A stretch of DNA of 64,000 bases from an uncultured Leptospirales bacterium (GCA_964439325.1 CAYTNW010000001.1:303621-367620), one strand, 5' to 3'. Positions 18,229-27,500 are shown, counted from the stretch's first letter. Numbers and translations are program-made. Notes: a model not told the origin generated them from the sequence alone.

Positions 18229-19956
18229 ATGATCTCTCAGAAGAAAGGGGACGATTTTTTCGGATATTGGGATTCGCTCGGATTTTTTGACAATATTCAG
18301 GTGATTCTTCCTCCTCAATTTATGCTGCTGTTTGAAATAGCGCGTACTCTTTTTACCGACAAGAGTTCCGCCGATGCGCTGAACGCGATAGAAAACATCT
18401 CTACCGAGGAGATAATACATATCCCCGACAGGACCGAGAGCATCTCGGTAAACAGGATCGAGCGCCAGTCTCCGCTCAGCGACAGGATGGAGATTGAGAA
18501 TTATAAAAACATAATTGACCTCAAGCGCACTCTGCCGCGCGAACTCGCGATGGATGACGATGTTTTCAACGCCAAGCTGTTTACCAAGACGCTGATGGTC
18601 CAGAAATACTACGAATCCGACAGCGATAACTTCAAGCCGATATCGACAATGAAAAACGAGAAGGGGAGAGAGGCAAATAAGTTCGACCAGCTTTTCTATA
18701 TCCTTCTGGATACCTCGCGGTCGATGGATGTTCACATGAGGGGTTTCTATGCGAAGTGTATCGTGTCTGAGTTCCTGAGACGCAAGCTGGGGACAAATGC
18801 GAAACTCTTCTTCAGAACCTTTGATACGAATGTCGGCGATCTCTATAAAATCGAAAAAAAAGAGGACTATCCCTACCTGATTGAAAAGGTACTCTTCTCA
18901 ACAACAGGCGGAGTAAGCACAAATTTACAGAAAGCGGTATACCAGGCTGTTGACGATATAAACTACACAAAGGACATGGTGAATGCGGAGATACTGGTAG
19001 TCACCGACGGTATCAGCAAGATCGATGTGCATGATATGGTAGACAAGCTCGGGAAGGTAAAACTTCACATCTTAAAAATCGGCGATGACCTTCCGGAACC
19101 CGATTTCTATGATATGAAGTCGGAGCTGTCGAACCAGAAAATAGAATTTGATCCGTCGTCGATAAATATGAGAGACATCAAAAACCGTATCCAGAACCGC
19201 CATGAGGATGATGCCCCGCTGACGCTGGTTGAGCAGAGGATTCACCGGCTGATGCTTGAAAACTCGAACAATATCCTCAAAGACCTGAAAAAAATCTCGA
19301 AAAACTATATAGAAGTCGGCGATATCAAAACCGACAAGCTTTATGATGTATCCTACGAAAACCTTGAGAACCTCTTCCACTGGGTAAAAAAAATCGAATC
19401 TGTGGATCTGAAATACATGAACCTCGAGGAGAAGGAACGCGTTTACAAGCAGGCCTATTTTCTCGGGCAGTACATAAAAATGCTGCATGACCAGTGCTCG
19501 AAAAACAAGGCTGAGCTGAAGAACTTTATCGACCGTATCGCAAAGATAAAGAGCAAACTGATGGAGGATACGGAACTCTTCCTGTTTATTGTAAAAGCGG
19601 GGAAATACCATGACGACAAGAAGAAGCTGAGGCTCGACAAGAAAGAGGCGCGCAAGCTGATGAAGCAGATGTCTCAGATGGATAAAAAGATCACTATCAA
19701 AGACATGAAAAAGGCGCAGCTTACTTTCAGCTTTGAACCTGGCAAGGGTGAATCCGGAAAACTTTTTCTTTTCCTGCTGATAAAACTGTGGCAGCTGATT
19801 GCCGGGATCGCTACTTTCCCGTTTAAAAGAAAAGAAAAAGATGAAGATGATAAAAAAATGACGATAGTCGCTCCGAGCGATGATATAGAAAATATTAAAA
19901 TTGATAAAAATAAAAACAGAAAAAAGAAGAAAGTAAAGAAGGATAAAAAGAGATAA
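18229..19956 (+). CDS. ViaA-like von Willebrand factor A (VWA) protein with C-terminal hydrophobic helix and polylysine tail
   Basis: MIDAS DTSRSM ... STTGGVST ... VVTDG. C-terminus LFLFLLIKLWQLIAGIATFPF, then KNKNRKKKKVKKDKKR. The start is 10 nt after the AAA+ stop. Confidence 0.8.
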   Translation: MISQKKGDDFFGYWDSLGFFDNIQVILPPQFMLLFEIARTLFTDKSSADALNAIENISTEEIIHIPDRTESISVNRIERQSPLSDRMEIENYKNIIDLKRTLPRELAMDDDVFNAKLFTKTLMVQKYYESDSDNFKPISTMKNEKGREANKFDQLFYILLDTSRSMDVHMRGFYAKCIVSEFLRRKLGTNAKLFFRTFDTNVGDLYKIEKKEDYPYLIEKVLFSTTGGVSTNLQKAVYQAVDDINYTKDMVNAEILVVTDGISKIDVHDMVDKLGKVKLHILKIGDDLPEPDFYDMKSELSNQKIEFDPSSINMRDIKNRIQNRHEDDAPLTLVEQRIHRLMLENSNNILKDLKKISKNYIEVGDIKTDKLYDVSYENLENLFHWVKKIESVDLKYMNLEEKERVYKQAYFLGQYIKMLHDQCSKNKAELKNFIDRIAKIKSKLMEDTELFLFIVKAGKYHDDKKKLRLDKKEARKLMKQMSQMDKKITIKDMKKAQLTFSFEPGKGESGKLFLFLLIKLWQLIAGIATFPFKRKEKDEDDKKMTIVAPSDDIENIKIDKNKNRKKKKVKKDKKR

Positions 19957-20000
19957 ATAATCTTCGTAATTCCGCCGATGGCTTCAGGCCGGATGCAATA

Positions 20001-20040
20001 AAAAAAGGCTGACATTTTATGTCAGCCTTTCTGTTTTTTT
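20001..20040. terminator. Bidirectional hairpin terminator between convergent genes
   Basis: aaaggctgac / gtcagccttt is a perfect 10-bp stem flanked by an A-run (5') and a T-run (3'). Confidence 0.85.
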
Positions 20041-21016
20041 ACCCGACCTTCCCTTTGTACCAGTCAACGGTATCGGAAAGGATGTCGATATTGTCCTTTT
20101 TCGGCGACCAGCCTGTGATCGTTTTCAGCCTGTGGCTGTCGAGATACACTGTATGGAAAATGAAGAGAAAGTGTTCTTTTGTGAAGTAATTGACATCTGA
20201 GAATTTTGACAGAATGGCATAGTAAAACGCCTTCAGTTTTGTAACATGTTTTATTGCGAAGTCGAGCTTTTTCTTTTCCTTAAGTTTCAGGATCTGCTCC
20301 ATCTGTGTGGGCACATTGTCCGAGCCGACATTGAAAGAGAAACCGTAGGCCTTTTCTCCTGCCTTGTATACTTTATAGAACGCCTCCGCTGCGTCTTCCG
20401 GAGATAAAAGCTGGAACCTTGAATCGCCGTCACCGGATATAAACATCACGTTGTCGTTGCCGAGACCCATTGCCATGTAAAGCGTAATCAGTATTGAGGA
20501 ATTTTTTACCTCGGGACCCGCGATAACAGAGGGTCGTATTACTGAAAGATTTATCTCATGTTTTTTAGCGAAATCCTCACAGAGAATTTCTGCCTTCAGC
20601 TTGTCTTTTCCATAGGCGGTGTAAGGTCTTTTTCTGTCATCTTCCTTTAACGGGAAGGCATCGTTTTTACCGTAGACTGCGTAAGTGGAAAGGAATATTA
20701 ACCTTTTAATCTTGAACTTTTTTACAGAGGTCAGCAGGTTTTTTGTTCCATTAATGTTGATTTTTTTCATTTTTCTGCGGCCGGTTTTCTGGGCCCTGTT
20801 TTTGTCCATAAGATGTATTACTGTATCAACCCCTTTACACGCCAGGTTGAGTTTTTTCATTGTAAAAAGATCCCCCTGAATGAATTCGACTCCGTCAGGG
20901 ATTGTTTTAGGTTTGTACTGATCATAGCATCTTATTTTTTCACCGTTCCGGATGAATTTTTCAACCAGAGCATTACCCAGCAGGGAGTTTGAACCGGTGA
21001 CGAGTATCATAAGCAT
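20039..21016 (-). CDS. NAD-dependent epimerase/dehydratase (extended SDR family)
   Basis: N-terminal VTGSNSLLG Rossmann motif and catalytic YxxxK (YGKDK). Confidence 0.85.
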   Translation of the reverse strand: MLMILVTGSNSLLGNALVEKFIRNGEKIRCYDQYKPKTIPDGVEFIQGDLFTMKKLNLACKGVDTVIHLMDKNRAQKTGRRKMKKININGTKNLLTSVKKFKIKRLIFLSTYAVYGKNDAFPLKEDDRKRPYTAYGKDKLKAEILCEDFAKKHEINLSVIRPSVIAGPEVKNSSILITLYMAMGLGNDNVMFISGDGDSRFQLLSPEDAAEAFYKVYKAGEKAYGFSFNVGSDNVPTQMEQILKLKEKKKLDFAIKHVTKLKAFYYAILSKFSDVNYFTKEHFLFIFHTVYLDSHRLKTITGWSPKKDNIDILSDTVDWYKGKVG

Positions 21017-21180
21017 CCTCCAAAAAAATCAGTAATAATACTTTATGTATTATCAATGAATATATATTAATCTTAAAGTCAAGACACTATTTATCTGTAA
21101 GTTTTTTTAATATAAAAAATTTTTTCATCAGGCTGAGTGCGTCAATGCGGAAGAGGTGAGCAGAGGGTGACACAGAACGG

Positions 21181-22071
21181 TTAATCGGAAGGCAGGTACG
21201 GCTTTACTAGAAATTTTACCCTTTTTGTACAGAGAAGCACTCCTTCGGCACGGCCGTAAATATTGTCCGCTTTTACAACGGCAAATTCTGACAATTGCGC
21301 GCGGTTGTCCGGAGCCGCGTAGTATTCTTCGTTTTTTAGAGTTATATCAGCGCTGTAGCCTTCACTGCTCTGTATGACAGGATATTTTAAGCTCCCTCCG
21401 GTTTCTGAGATCACGTCGTAATCTGTCAGTGAAAATTTTTTAAGCTCACTCTCGGTGAAAATCGACTGCTGCAGCGCTGAGTCCTCAACTGAAAAATGTC
21501 CTTTTACGTATGAAACTTTTTCTCCGGGCAGACCGATAATTCTTGTTATGCTGAAGTTTTCATTTTTCAGGACTATCATCTCCCCCCTGCTGTAGCGACT
21601 GTCTGTTATTTTCTTTATAACAGCGATGTCTCCATTCTCGATAAGCGGAGGGGAGCTGTTTTTCATAAGAGTAAATGAAAATGCGGAGAAGAAAACGGCA
21701 ACAGAGCCGAGTGTTATTATGATGCTGCATCCGGCAAAAAGGGCCAGAAAGCCGGCTGAATTGGTTTTTGACAGTATAATCTTTTTTTTGTTCAGGCTCG
21801 TAACAAGGGAATTAACAGGTGAAAAAAATGTTATCATTAAAAAAAACAGAATAGAAAAGAAAATTTCTGTCAGGTATGAAGTCTTCATATTGTTTAAAGA
21901 GTAAAAGAGCACGGCAAGAGGCGACGCTGCCCTGAGCAGCGCAAGGATTATACCCCTCTGGGTTGAGCCTGAGTATACTTCACCCATCCCGGTTATCAGA
22001 ATTGACATTAAGAATGCCTTGAGCGGATTCAGGATTCTCTCTTTACCTGAAATGATTATTCTTTTACTCAA
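21181..22071 (-). CDS. Multi-pass membrane protein with C-terminal signal-peptidase-I (S26)-like domain; catalytic Lys apparently absent
   Basis: NSSPPLIENGDIAVIKK aligns by eye to GSMxPTLxxGDxxxVxK. ITRIIGLPGEKV aligns to xKRVIGLPGD, with Thr at the Lys position. Confidence 0.5.
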   Translation of the reverse strand: MSKRIIISGKERILNPLKAFLMSILITGMGEVYSGSTQRGIILALLRAASPLAVLFYSLNNMKTSYLTEIFFSILFFLMITFFSPVNSLVTSLNKKKIILSKTNSAGFLALFAGCSIIITLGSVAVFFSAFSFTLMKNSSPPLIENGDIAVIKKITDSRYSRGEMIVLKNENFSITRIIGLPGEKVSYVKGHFSVEDSALQQSIFTESELKKFSLTDYDVISETGGSLKYPVIQSSEGYSADITLKNEEYYAAPDNRAQLSEFAVVKADNIYGRAEGVLLCTKRVKFLVKPYLPSD

Positions 22072-22285
22072 TACCTGTTATTCTCCATGTTTTATCTTAC
22101 GGATTTGCAAGTGGCACCCTTTACCTGACATCTGTAAGGCCCGGGATGCGGTATCCCTGTATCGGTTTGTAGAGTACGGAATGCCTTCATGAAGGTCAAA
22201 CAGATTTTGTAATAACTGCCTGTTATTCATTAGAAAGATTCTATAAAAACTGAATTTCCAGAAAGAGGCTGAAGTCTCTGCCGGT

Positions 22286-22388
22286 TTAATCCTTTAGCGT
22301 TAAATCTTTTAGCCTTAAATCCTTAAATCCTTTAATCCTATAATTCTTTAATCCTGGAATCCTGTTGTCCTGTAATCCTGTAAATCGT
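22286..22388. repeat. About 13 degenerate tandem copies of an 8-nt unit (TTAAATCC / TGTAATCC)
   Basis: Read directly: ttaatcc tttagcg ttaaatc ttttagcc ttaaatcc ttaaatcc tttaatcc tataattc tttaatcc tggaatcc tgttgtcc tgtaatcc tgtaaatc. Confidence 0.9.
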
Positions 22389-22407
22389 GTCCATTTTTGA
22401 ATATTAG

Positions 22408-22435
22408 TTGACTTGACTGTATTCTGCTGTATCAT
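22408..22435 (+). promoter_or_regulatory. Putative promoter TTGACT - 16 nt - TATCAT for the TPR lipoprotein gene
   Basis: ttgact at 22408-22413 is duplicated at 22413-22418. tatcat at 22430-22435. GGAGG at 22461-22465 lies 7 nt before the TTG start at 22473. Confidence 0.4.
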
Positions 22436-22472
22436 TTGATAATCGGTTTGATGATTCCCCGGAGGCTTAAAG

Positions 22473-24524
22473 TTGAACAAGAACAGGATCGGTAAAACAA
22501 TATATCTGTCGCTGCTGGCGCTTATCATTACATTGACTTCCGCGCTGGTTTCGGATGCACAGAACGCGATATCCCTTAACAGGGACGGCTGGGTAAGTTT
22601 CAAGAAAACGGAATACGACAGGGCTCTGTTCAGTTTTGTCAATTCCCTGAGATTAAACAGTAAATATTCCGATTCCATGATAGGAGCCGGAAAATCATAT
22701 TATGCCCTCGGTGTCTACGACAGGGCCCTTGAGATGTTTTCAGATGCGCTTAAGCTGGACGGCAACTCTGTTGAAGCTCTTAACGGTACAGGTATGGTGC
22801 TAACCGAGACCGGGAGGTTTACCGACGCGATAGGTTATTTCGAGAAGGCGTTCAAAATCTCCGGCGATTCCATCGATTCGGAGTACGGTATCGCCTATGT
22901 ATATTATAAAATGGATAAAAGGCTCTGGGCGAAAAGGAAGCTTGAAAATATATTCAAAAGCAATCCGTACCATTTTCAGTCGCTGCTTCTTATGGCGGAT
23001 ATAAAGACAGACGAAGGAAGACTTAAAGAGGCCAGGGGATATGTCGAGAAGGCTATCGACGCTGCGGGGGAATCTCCGGACGGGCACATTAAATATGGAA
23101 GTATTCTGCTTAAAAACTATCTGATCACGGGCGATTCCGGTTCCCTCGAGGAGGCCCGTGAATCGTACGGCAGGGCGCTCTCCATAAACCCGGCGAACTT
23201 CAGGGCCAATATGGACATGGGTCTTATATCGCTGATGGAGATAGATGATTATAACTTCAGCAGGGCTCTCTCTTCCGGGGGGAGCCCTGATATATTGAAG
23301 AGCAGAAGGGATGCGGCTGTATCATATATACAGAAGGCGGCTGCGGTCAATAAGAGCAGGTCGGTTTTATACAGCCTCTCTCTGGCATATGATATGTCGG
23401 GCGACAGGACCGGTGCGCTGGACCAGATGCTCTCTGCATACAAGAAGTTCCCTTCGGACGCGATACTGAAGGGCAAGATTGAAGATTTTCTTGTGCTCAA
23501 TGAGTACAAAAGCGCACACCCTGCGAGGATAATGATGTCCAACGAAAATATAGAGCTCGCGAAGCTGAACCGAAGGGAGAGCCTGCATACCAATGTGATG
23601 TATTATCTCAGAAGGGCCCTGCTGCTTAATCCGCTGAACAGGGATGTCCGTGAACAGCTGATAAACTACTACTCCATACTGGATTATAACAAACTGATGA
23701 TCGATGAGATGAAAAATGTGATGATGCAGTATCCGGAGTTTAAATACCAGGATATGCTGAACCTCGCGATTATTAAAAGAAGAGACAGGCTCTATGCCCG
23801 GGAGGGATATACCGGAGACGAAACTCCGAGAGACGTGCCGTCAGTCCTTGTGCTCAACTTTAATTCGGCCGGAAAGATTACCGATCATCCCGATTCGGGA
23901 AAGATTTTCGCCAGAAGCCTGTCGTTCGCGATCCAGCAGTTCGGCAGAATGAAGACACCCGGGCCGGGTGAGAGGGAGGCTCTGGCCGGAAATCTGAAGA
24001 CAAACGGCGAAAACCTGTTTGATACGATAAAGAAGATAAAGGATGCAACTGAGAAGGATGACCGTAAATTTGAATATCTTATATTCGGCGAGATCTCCGA
24101 GGTTGATGACTATATCAGCATAACCCTGAAGATAATGGACCTGTACAGGGGGTATATAATCTACGAGCTTACTGAATCGAAAAAGGGGAGAGAGAATCTT
24201 AACCTGCTGTCTATACTCACTGCGGAGAAGATCTATAATATAATACCCTACAGCGGCAAGGTGCTGAAGGTGAAGGACGACGGCATACTCCTTAATCTGG
24301 GACTGTTTGACGGGATAAAAGAGGGAGCTTCTCTCGTCGTATACAGGGACAGCAATTCGAGGCTCAATAACGAGACGATCAGGTATGCGGAGATGTTTAC
24401 CGTAAAGGAGGCTGATACGTTTATTTCGTACGCCGAGCCTGACAGGCCTGATATTCTGAAGGAGATAGACTCAACCACAGTTGTTTATCCTCTGATGAAG
24501 AGAAGGGCGCACAAGATACAATAA
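22473..24524 (+). CDS. Secreted TPR-repeat protein (683 aa)
   Basis: Signal peptide. Multiple 34-aa TPR units (e.g. YYALGVYDRALEMFSDALKLDGNSVEALNG). The C-terminal half is non-TPR. Confidence 0.8.
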   Translation: MNKNRIGKTIYLSLLALIITLTSALVSDAQNAISLNRDGWVSFKKTEYDRALFSFVNSLRLNSKYSDSMIGAGKSYYALGVYDRALEMFSDALKLDGNSVEALNGTGMVLTETGRFTDAIGYFEKAFKISGDSIDSEYGIAYVYYKMDKRLWAKRKLENIFKSNPYHFQSLLLMADIKTDEGRLKEARGYVEKAIDAAGESPDGHIKYGSILLKNYLITGDSGSLEEARESYGRALSINPANFRANMDMGLISLMEIDDYNFSRALSSGGSPDILKSRRDAAVSYIQKAAAVNKSRSVLYSLSLAYDMSGDRTGALDQMLSAYKKFPSDAILKGKIEDFLVLNEYKSAHPARIMMSNENIELAKLNRRESLHTNVMYYLRRALLLNPLNRDVREQLINYYSILDYNKLMIDEMKNVMMQYPEFKYQDMLNLAIIKRRDRLYAREGYTGDETPRDVPSVLVLNFNSAGKITDHPDSGKIFARSLSFAIQQFGRMKTPGPGEREALAGNLKTNGENLFDTIKKIKDATEKDDRKFEYLIFGEISEVDDYISITLKIMDLYRGYIIYELTESKKGRENLNLLSILTAEKIYNIIPYSGKVLKVKDDGILLNLGLFDGIKEGASLVVYRDSNSRLNNETIRYAEMFTVKEADTFISYAEPDRPDILKEIDSTTVVYPLMKRRAHKIQ

Positions 24525-24716
24525 CAGGTTTTTGATATAGTCACTAAAATCGCCTGTCATCCGAGTGAAGACGGGGATCAATTGATAGCCGCAGCTCTAA
24601 ATCCGGATTTGATTATATATACAAAACCTGTCAGAAGTAAATGGATACCAGCCTGCGCGGGTATGACAAATTAGTTGTGTAAACTGATTCAAATAATAAA
24701 AAATCTGATCGAGTAA

Positions 24717-25433
24717 TCAGCTCAGCGGAATGAGAACCTTGGCGTAGGTTTTATCAATACCGTTTGTTGTTACTGCGAAGTTTTTATGCGTGATGTTGAT
24801 ATTCTTCAGAAGCACCACAACCATCGAAAGACCAAGCCCCATACCCTCAGCCTCTGGGTCGGGATTCTCCATGAAGAATGCGGCGATATTGTCGTATTTG
24901 GATGATTTTTTTATACGTTCGTTGATTTTATCCATCTCTTTCTTTGTGAGAGCAATATTGTTGATTATCTCTATGGAAAGGTGCTTCTTGTAAACCTTCA
25001 GGTAGACACGCGTTGAGAGACCGTATTTTTTTGTTTTCAGACCGTATTCGAGCAGAGACTTTTCGTTCAGTATTTCGCGTACTTTTTTTACAATCTCCTC
25101 CGAATCGTTTAGATCTTTTATATCCCCTTCCAGAACCAGTATCTTCTTTGCATTGGCCTTTGTGGCGTTAGATATCAGCTCCTTTATGCAGGAGTAAACA
25201 GGGGTGAAAAGGTCAAAGCGGTTGTATTTTTCAAGGATTTTCGCCAGTGCAAACTTGATCTTCTCTTCTGTCCTTTCGAGCACAGAGTATGTGATGAATA
25301 CAATATCATCCTCGTTTTTAACAGCAGTTATTATTTCGTTCTGATACTGCTCGCTGATCAGATTATCTATCTGCACTTTAAAAAAGGCCTCATCTTTTAA
25401 TAATTTGTTTACTGACAACCCCTGCCGGCACAT
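24717..25433 (-). CDS. Stand-alone GHKL (HATPase_c-like) ATP-binding protein without HisKA domain
   Basis: N-box-like IKELISNATKANAKK and G2-like EAEGMGLGLSMVVVLLKN. No DHp/H-box. Confidence 0.6.
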   Translation of the reverse strand: MCRQGLSVNKLLKDEAFFKVQIDNLISEQYQNEIITAVKNEDDIVFITYSVLERTEEKIKFALAKILEKYNRFDLFTPVYSCIKELISNATKANAKKILVLEGDIKDLNDSEEIVKKVREILNEKSLLEYGLKTKKYGLSTRVYLKVYKKHLSIEIINNIALTKKEMDKINERIKKSSKYDNIAAFFMENPDPEAEGMGLGLSMVVVLLKNINITHKNFAVTTNGIDKTYAKVLIPLS

Positions 25434-25817
25434 GTTAGAGTTATATATTTATTGATTTTTTTCAAGTATAAAATATTACTGTATCAGTAATATATAAGCA
25501 GTGATACGCAGTCCCTTGTGAAAAAATATTTTTATAGCTGATTTTGGGTAATTACCGGCTGAACTCCCCCCTGTATCCTGAAATGGTGGAGCGGCGGAGT
25601 TATATGGCGATTTACGAATGACATTGAACTAAACTCAGGTTTCGACTCCGCTCAACCAGCGTAATCTGCGATCCTGAGCGGCCTGTGCTGAGCGTTGTCG
25701 AAGTAAGTCGAAGGGCAAAATGTTCTAATCAGTTTGTTAACTGCTATAATTGTACAAAATGGCCTGTTTTATGCAGTTTCGTATTTTAAACGGCGAATTC
25801 TATTATGGAGAGAATCG

Positions 25818-26834
25818 ATGAAATCAATCTTTAACATGACGGGGACTGAAAAAGCGGCAGCCCTGCTGTTTCTTCTGGGGCCTGAAATCGCGTCGGACAT
25901 TCTGCGTCATCTCGATGAGGACAGCATAGAAAAACTGTCGGCCGGTATGGTGAGGATGCAGTCTCTCCCGGAGGAGGAGAAGGAGGACCTTATCGGTGAA
26001 TTTATAATAGAGCTGAAAAAAAGTTCCAGGAACAAAACCGGCGGAATTAATACCGCAAGGAAGATGATTGTCGATGCCTTCGGAGAAGAGAGGGCCGACG
26101 AGCTTGTAAAAAAAATTGAAAGCCGCGATACGGAATCGAACTTCAAATTTCTGAATGAACTGGAGGACTCGCAGCTTGTGGGCCTTCTGAAAAACGAACC
26201 GCCGCAGGTAATAGCGCTTGTTCTAAAATTTCTCGCTCCGCAGAAAGCCGGAATTGTGTTAAAGAACCTCCCCCCTGAAAAATCGAAAGAGACCGCTGTA
26301 AAACTGGCGAAGATGAATAATCCGTCCCTTGAAGCCGCAGTTTCCGTGGCACGCGCGTTCAAGAAGAGAAGCCGGGATATACAGAAAATCGCCGATGAGC
26401 AGAGCGCCCCGGGCGGTCTGGAATCGCTGGCAAGCATAATGAGCTATATGAGCAGTGAACAGGAGAGAGCCCTTTTAAAGAATATGGACATTGCGATACC
26501 GGAACTCTCGAAGAATATTGTCGAGATGATCTTTTCCTTTGAAAGCATTGTTAACCTTTCGAACAGGGAGATCCGTATATTGATCGACGAGATTAATAAC
26601 GATTATGTGATCGCCAAGTCTCTTAAAGGCGCGGAGGACGATGTCAAGTTCAAGATCCTCAGAAACATGAGCCAGAACAGGGCAGAGGATATACTGAACG
26701 AGATGAGCGCGATGGGCGCTGTAAGGCTGAAAGACGTTGAGGAGTGCAGGGATTACATCGTCGATATTATGCGTGATCTGAACGAGAACGGCGTGATTAT
26801 AATCAGGAGAGACGGAGAGGTTTACGTCGATTAA
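25818..26834 (+). CDS. fliG: Flagellar motor switch protein FliG (stand-alone paralogue)
   Basis: TGTEKAAALLFLLGPEIASDILRHLDEDSIEKLS...; the C-terminal motor domain has MSQNRAEDILNEM. ATG 25818 after GGAGAG gives 338 aa, a typical FliG length. Confidence 0.9.
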   Translation: MKSIFNMTGTEKAAALLFLLGPEIASDILRHLDEDSIEKLSAGMVRMQSLPEEEKEDLIGEFIIELKKSSRNKTGGINTARKMIVDAFGEERADELVKKIESRDTESNFKFLNELEDSQLVGLLKNEPPQVIALVLKFLAPQKAGIVLKNLPPEKSKETAVKLAKMNNPSLEAAVSVARAFKKRSRDIQKIADEQSAPGGLESLASIMSYMSSEQERALLKNMDIAIPELSKNIVEMIFSFESIVNLSNREIRILIDEINNDYVIAKSLKGAEDDVKFKILRNMSQNRAEDILNEMSAMGAVRLKDVEECRDYIVDIMRDLNENGVIIIRRDGEVYVD

Positions 26835-27251
26835 TCAGTTGCGGTCGCTGATCCATTCCGAGCCGTCTTCGTAAAACTCCTTTTTCCATATAGGTACGCG
26901 TTTCTTTATTTCATCTATTATGTAACGCGAAGCCTGGTACGATGCATCCCTGTGCGGAGACGAAACCGCAATTACGATTGAGCTCTCACCCAGCAGAACC
27001 CTGCCGAATCTGTGTACGACTACTATCCTGCTGATCTGGTACCTTTCCGCTGCTTCATCAGCGATCCTGTTAAGTTCCTTCAGGGCCATTTCGTTATATA
27101 TTTCATAATCGATATGGGTGACATTCTTGCCGCGCGAAACATCCCGCACCTTCCCGATAAATATCAGGTCAGAGCCGTCACTGTTCGATGCGCCGTTTTC
27201 TAAAACCGCATTGAGGTCTATTTTTTCTTTCTGGGTGAGTATCAGTTTCAT
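26835..27251 (-). CDS. moaE: Molybdopterin synthase catalytic subunit MoaE
   Basis: FIGKVRD...VVHRFGRVLLGESSIVIAVSSPHRDASYQASRYIIDEIKKRVPIWKKE. Confidence 0.85.
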   Translation of the reverse strand: MKLILTQKEKIDLNAVLENGASNSDGSDLIFIGKVRDVSRGKNVTHIDYEIYNEMALKELNRIADEAAERYQISRIVVVHRFGRVLLGESSIVIAVSSPHRDASYQASRYIIDEIKKRVPIWKKEFYEDGSEWISDRN

Positions 27252-27252
27252 G

Positions 27253-27498
27253 TCAGCCGCCGCTTACCGGGGGGAATATCGCCAGCGTATCGCCCTCTTC
27301 CAGGGTCCTGTCCATTTTACAGTATTCCTCGTTTACAGCTATCAGCAGCGAGTCTTTTTTGCCGGAGAGCTCCTGGTTGTTTTTAATAAGGAGGTCGATG
27401 ACTTCATGTAGTTTTATAGCATCGGAAACAATAAGCTCTTTTTCATTGAATCCGCAGATGTCTTTAACAGATGCAAATACTTTTAATTTAATTCTCAT
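27253..27498 (-). CDS. moaD: MoaD/ThiS-family sulfur-carrier protein
   Basis: An 81-aa beta-grasp-sized protein ending in PPVSGG. It lies 1 nt upstream of moaE. Confidence 0.85.
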   Translation of the reverse strand: MRIKLKVFASVKDICGFNEKELIVSDAIKLHEVIDLLIKNNQELSGKKDSLLIAVNEEYCKMDRTLEEGDTLAIFPPVSGG

Positions 27499-27500
27499 AA

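Noticed and set aside
22286-22388. CRISPR array (also considered for the 24-nt repeat at 4223-4291)
   Set aside because: The repeats are directly adjacent without spacers and the units are only 8 or 24 nt. There are no cas genes in the window.
22286-22678. 130-aa minus-strand ORF ending KDLRLKDLTLKD
   Set aside because: Its C-terminal part is simply the translated 8-nt repeat tract, and its N-terminal part runs antisense into the TPR gene.
25636-25660. tRNA T-arm-like string ggtttcgactccgctc
   Set aside because: No acceptor stem, anticodon arm or D-arm can be drawn around it. It is part of a GC-rich palindromic spacer element.
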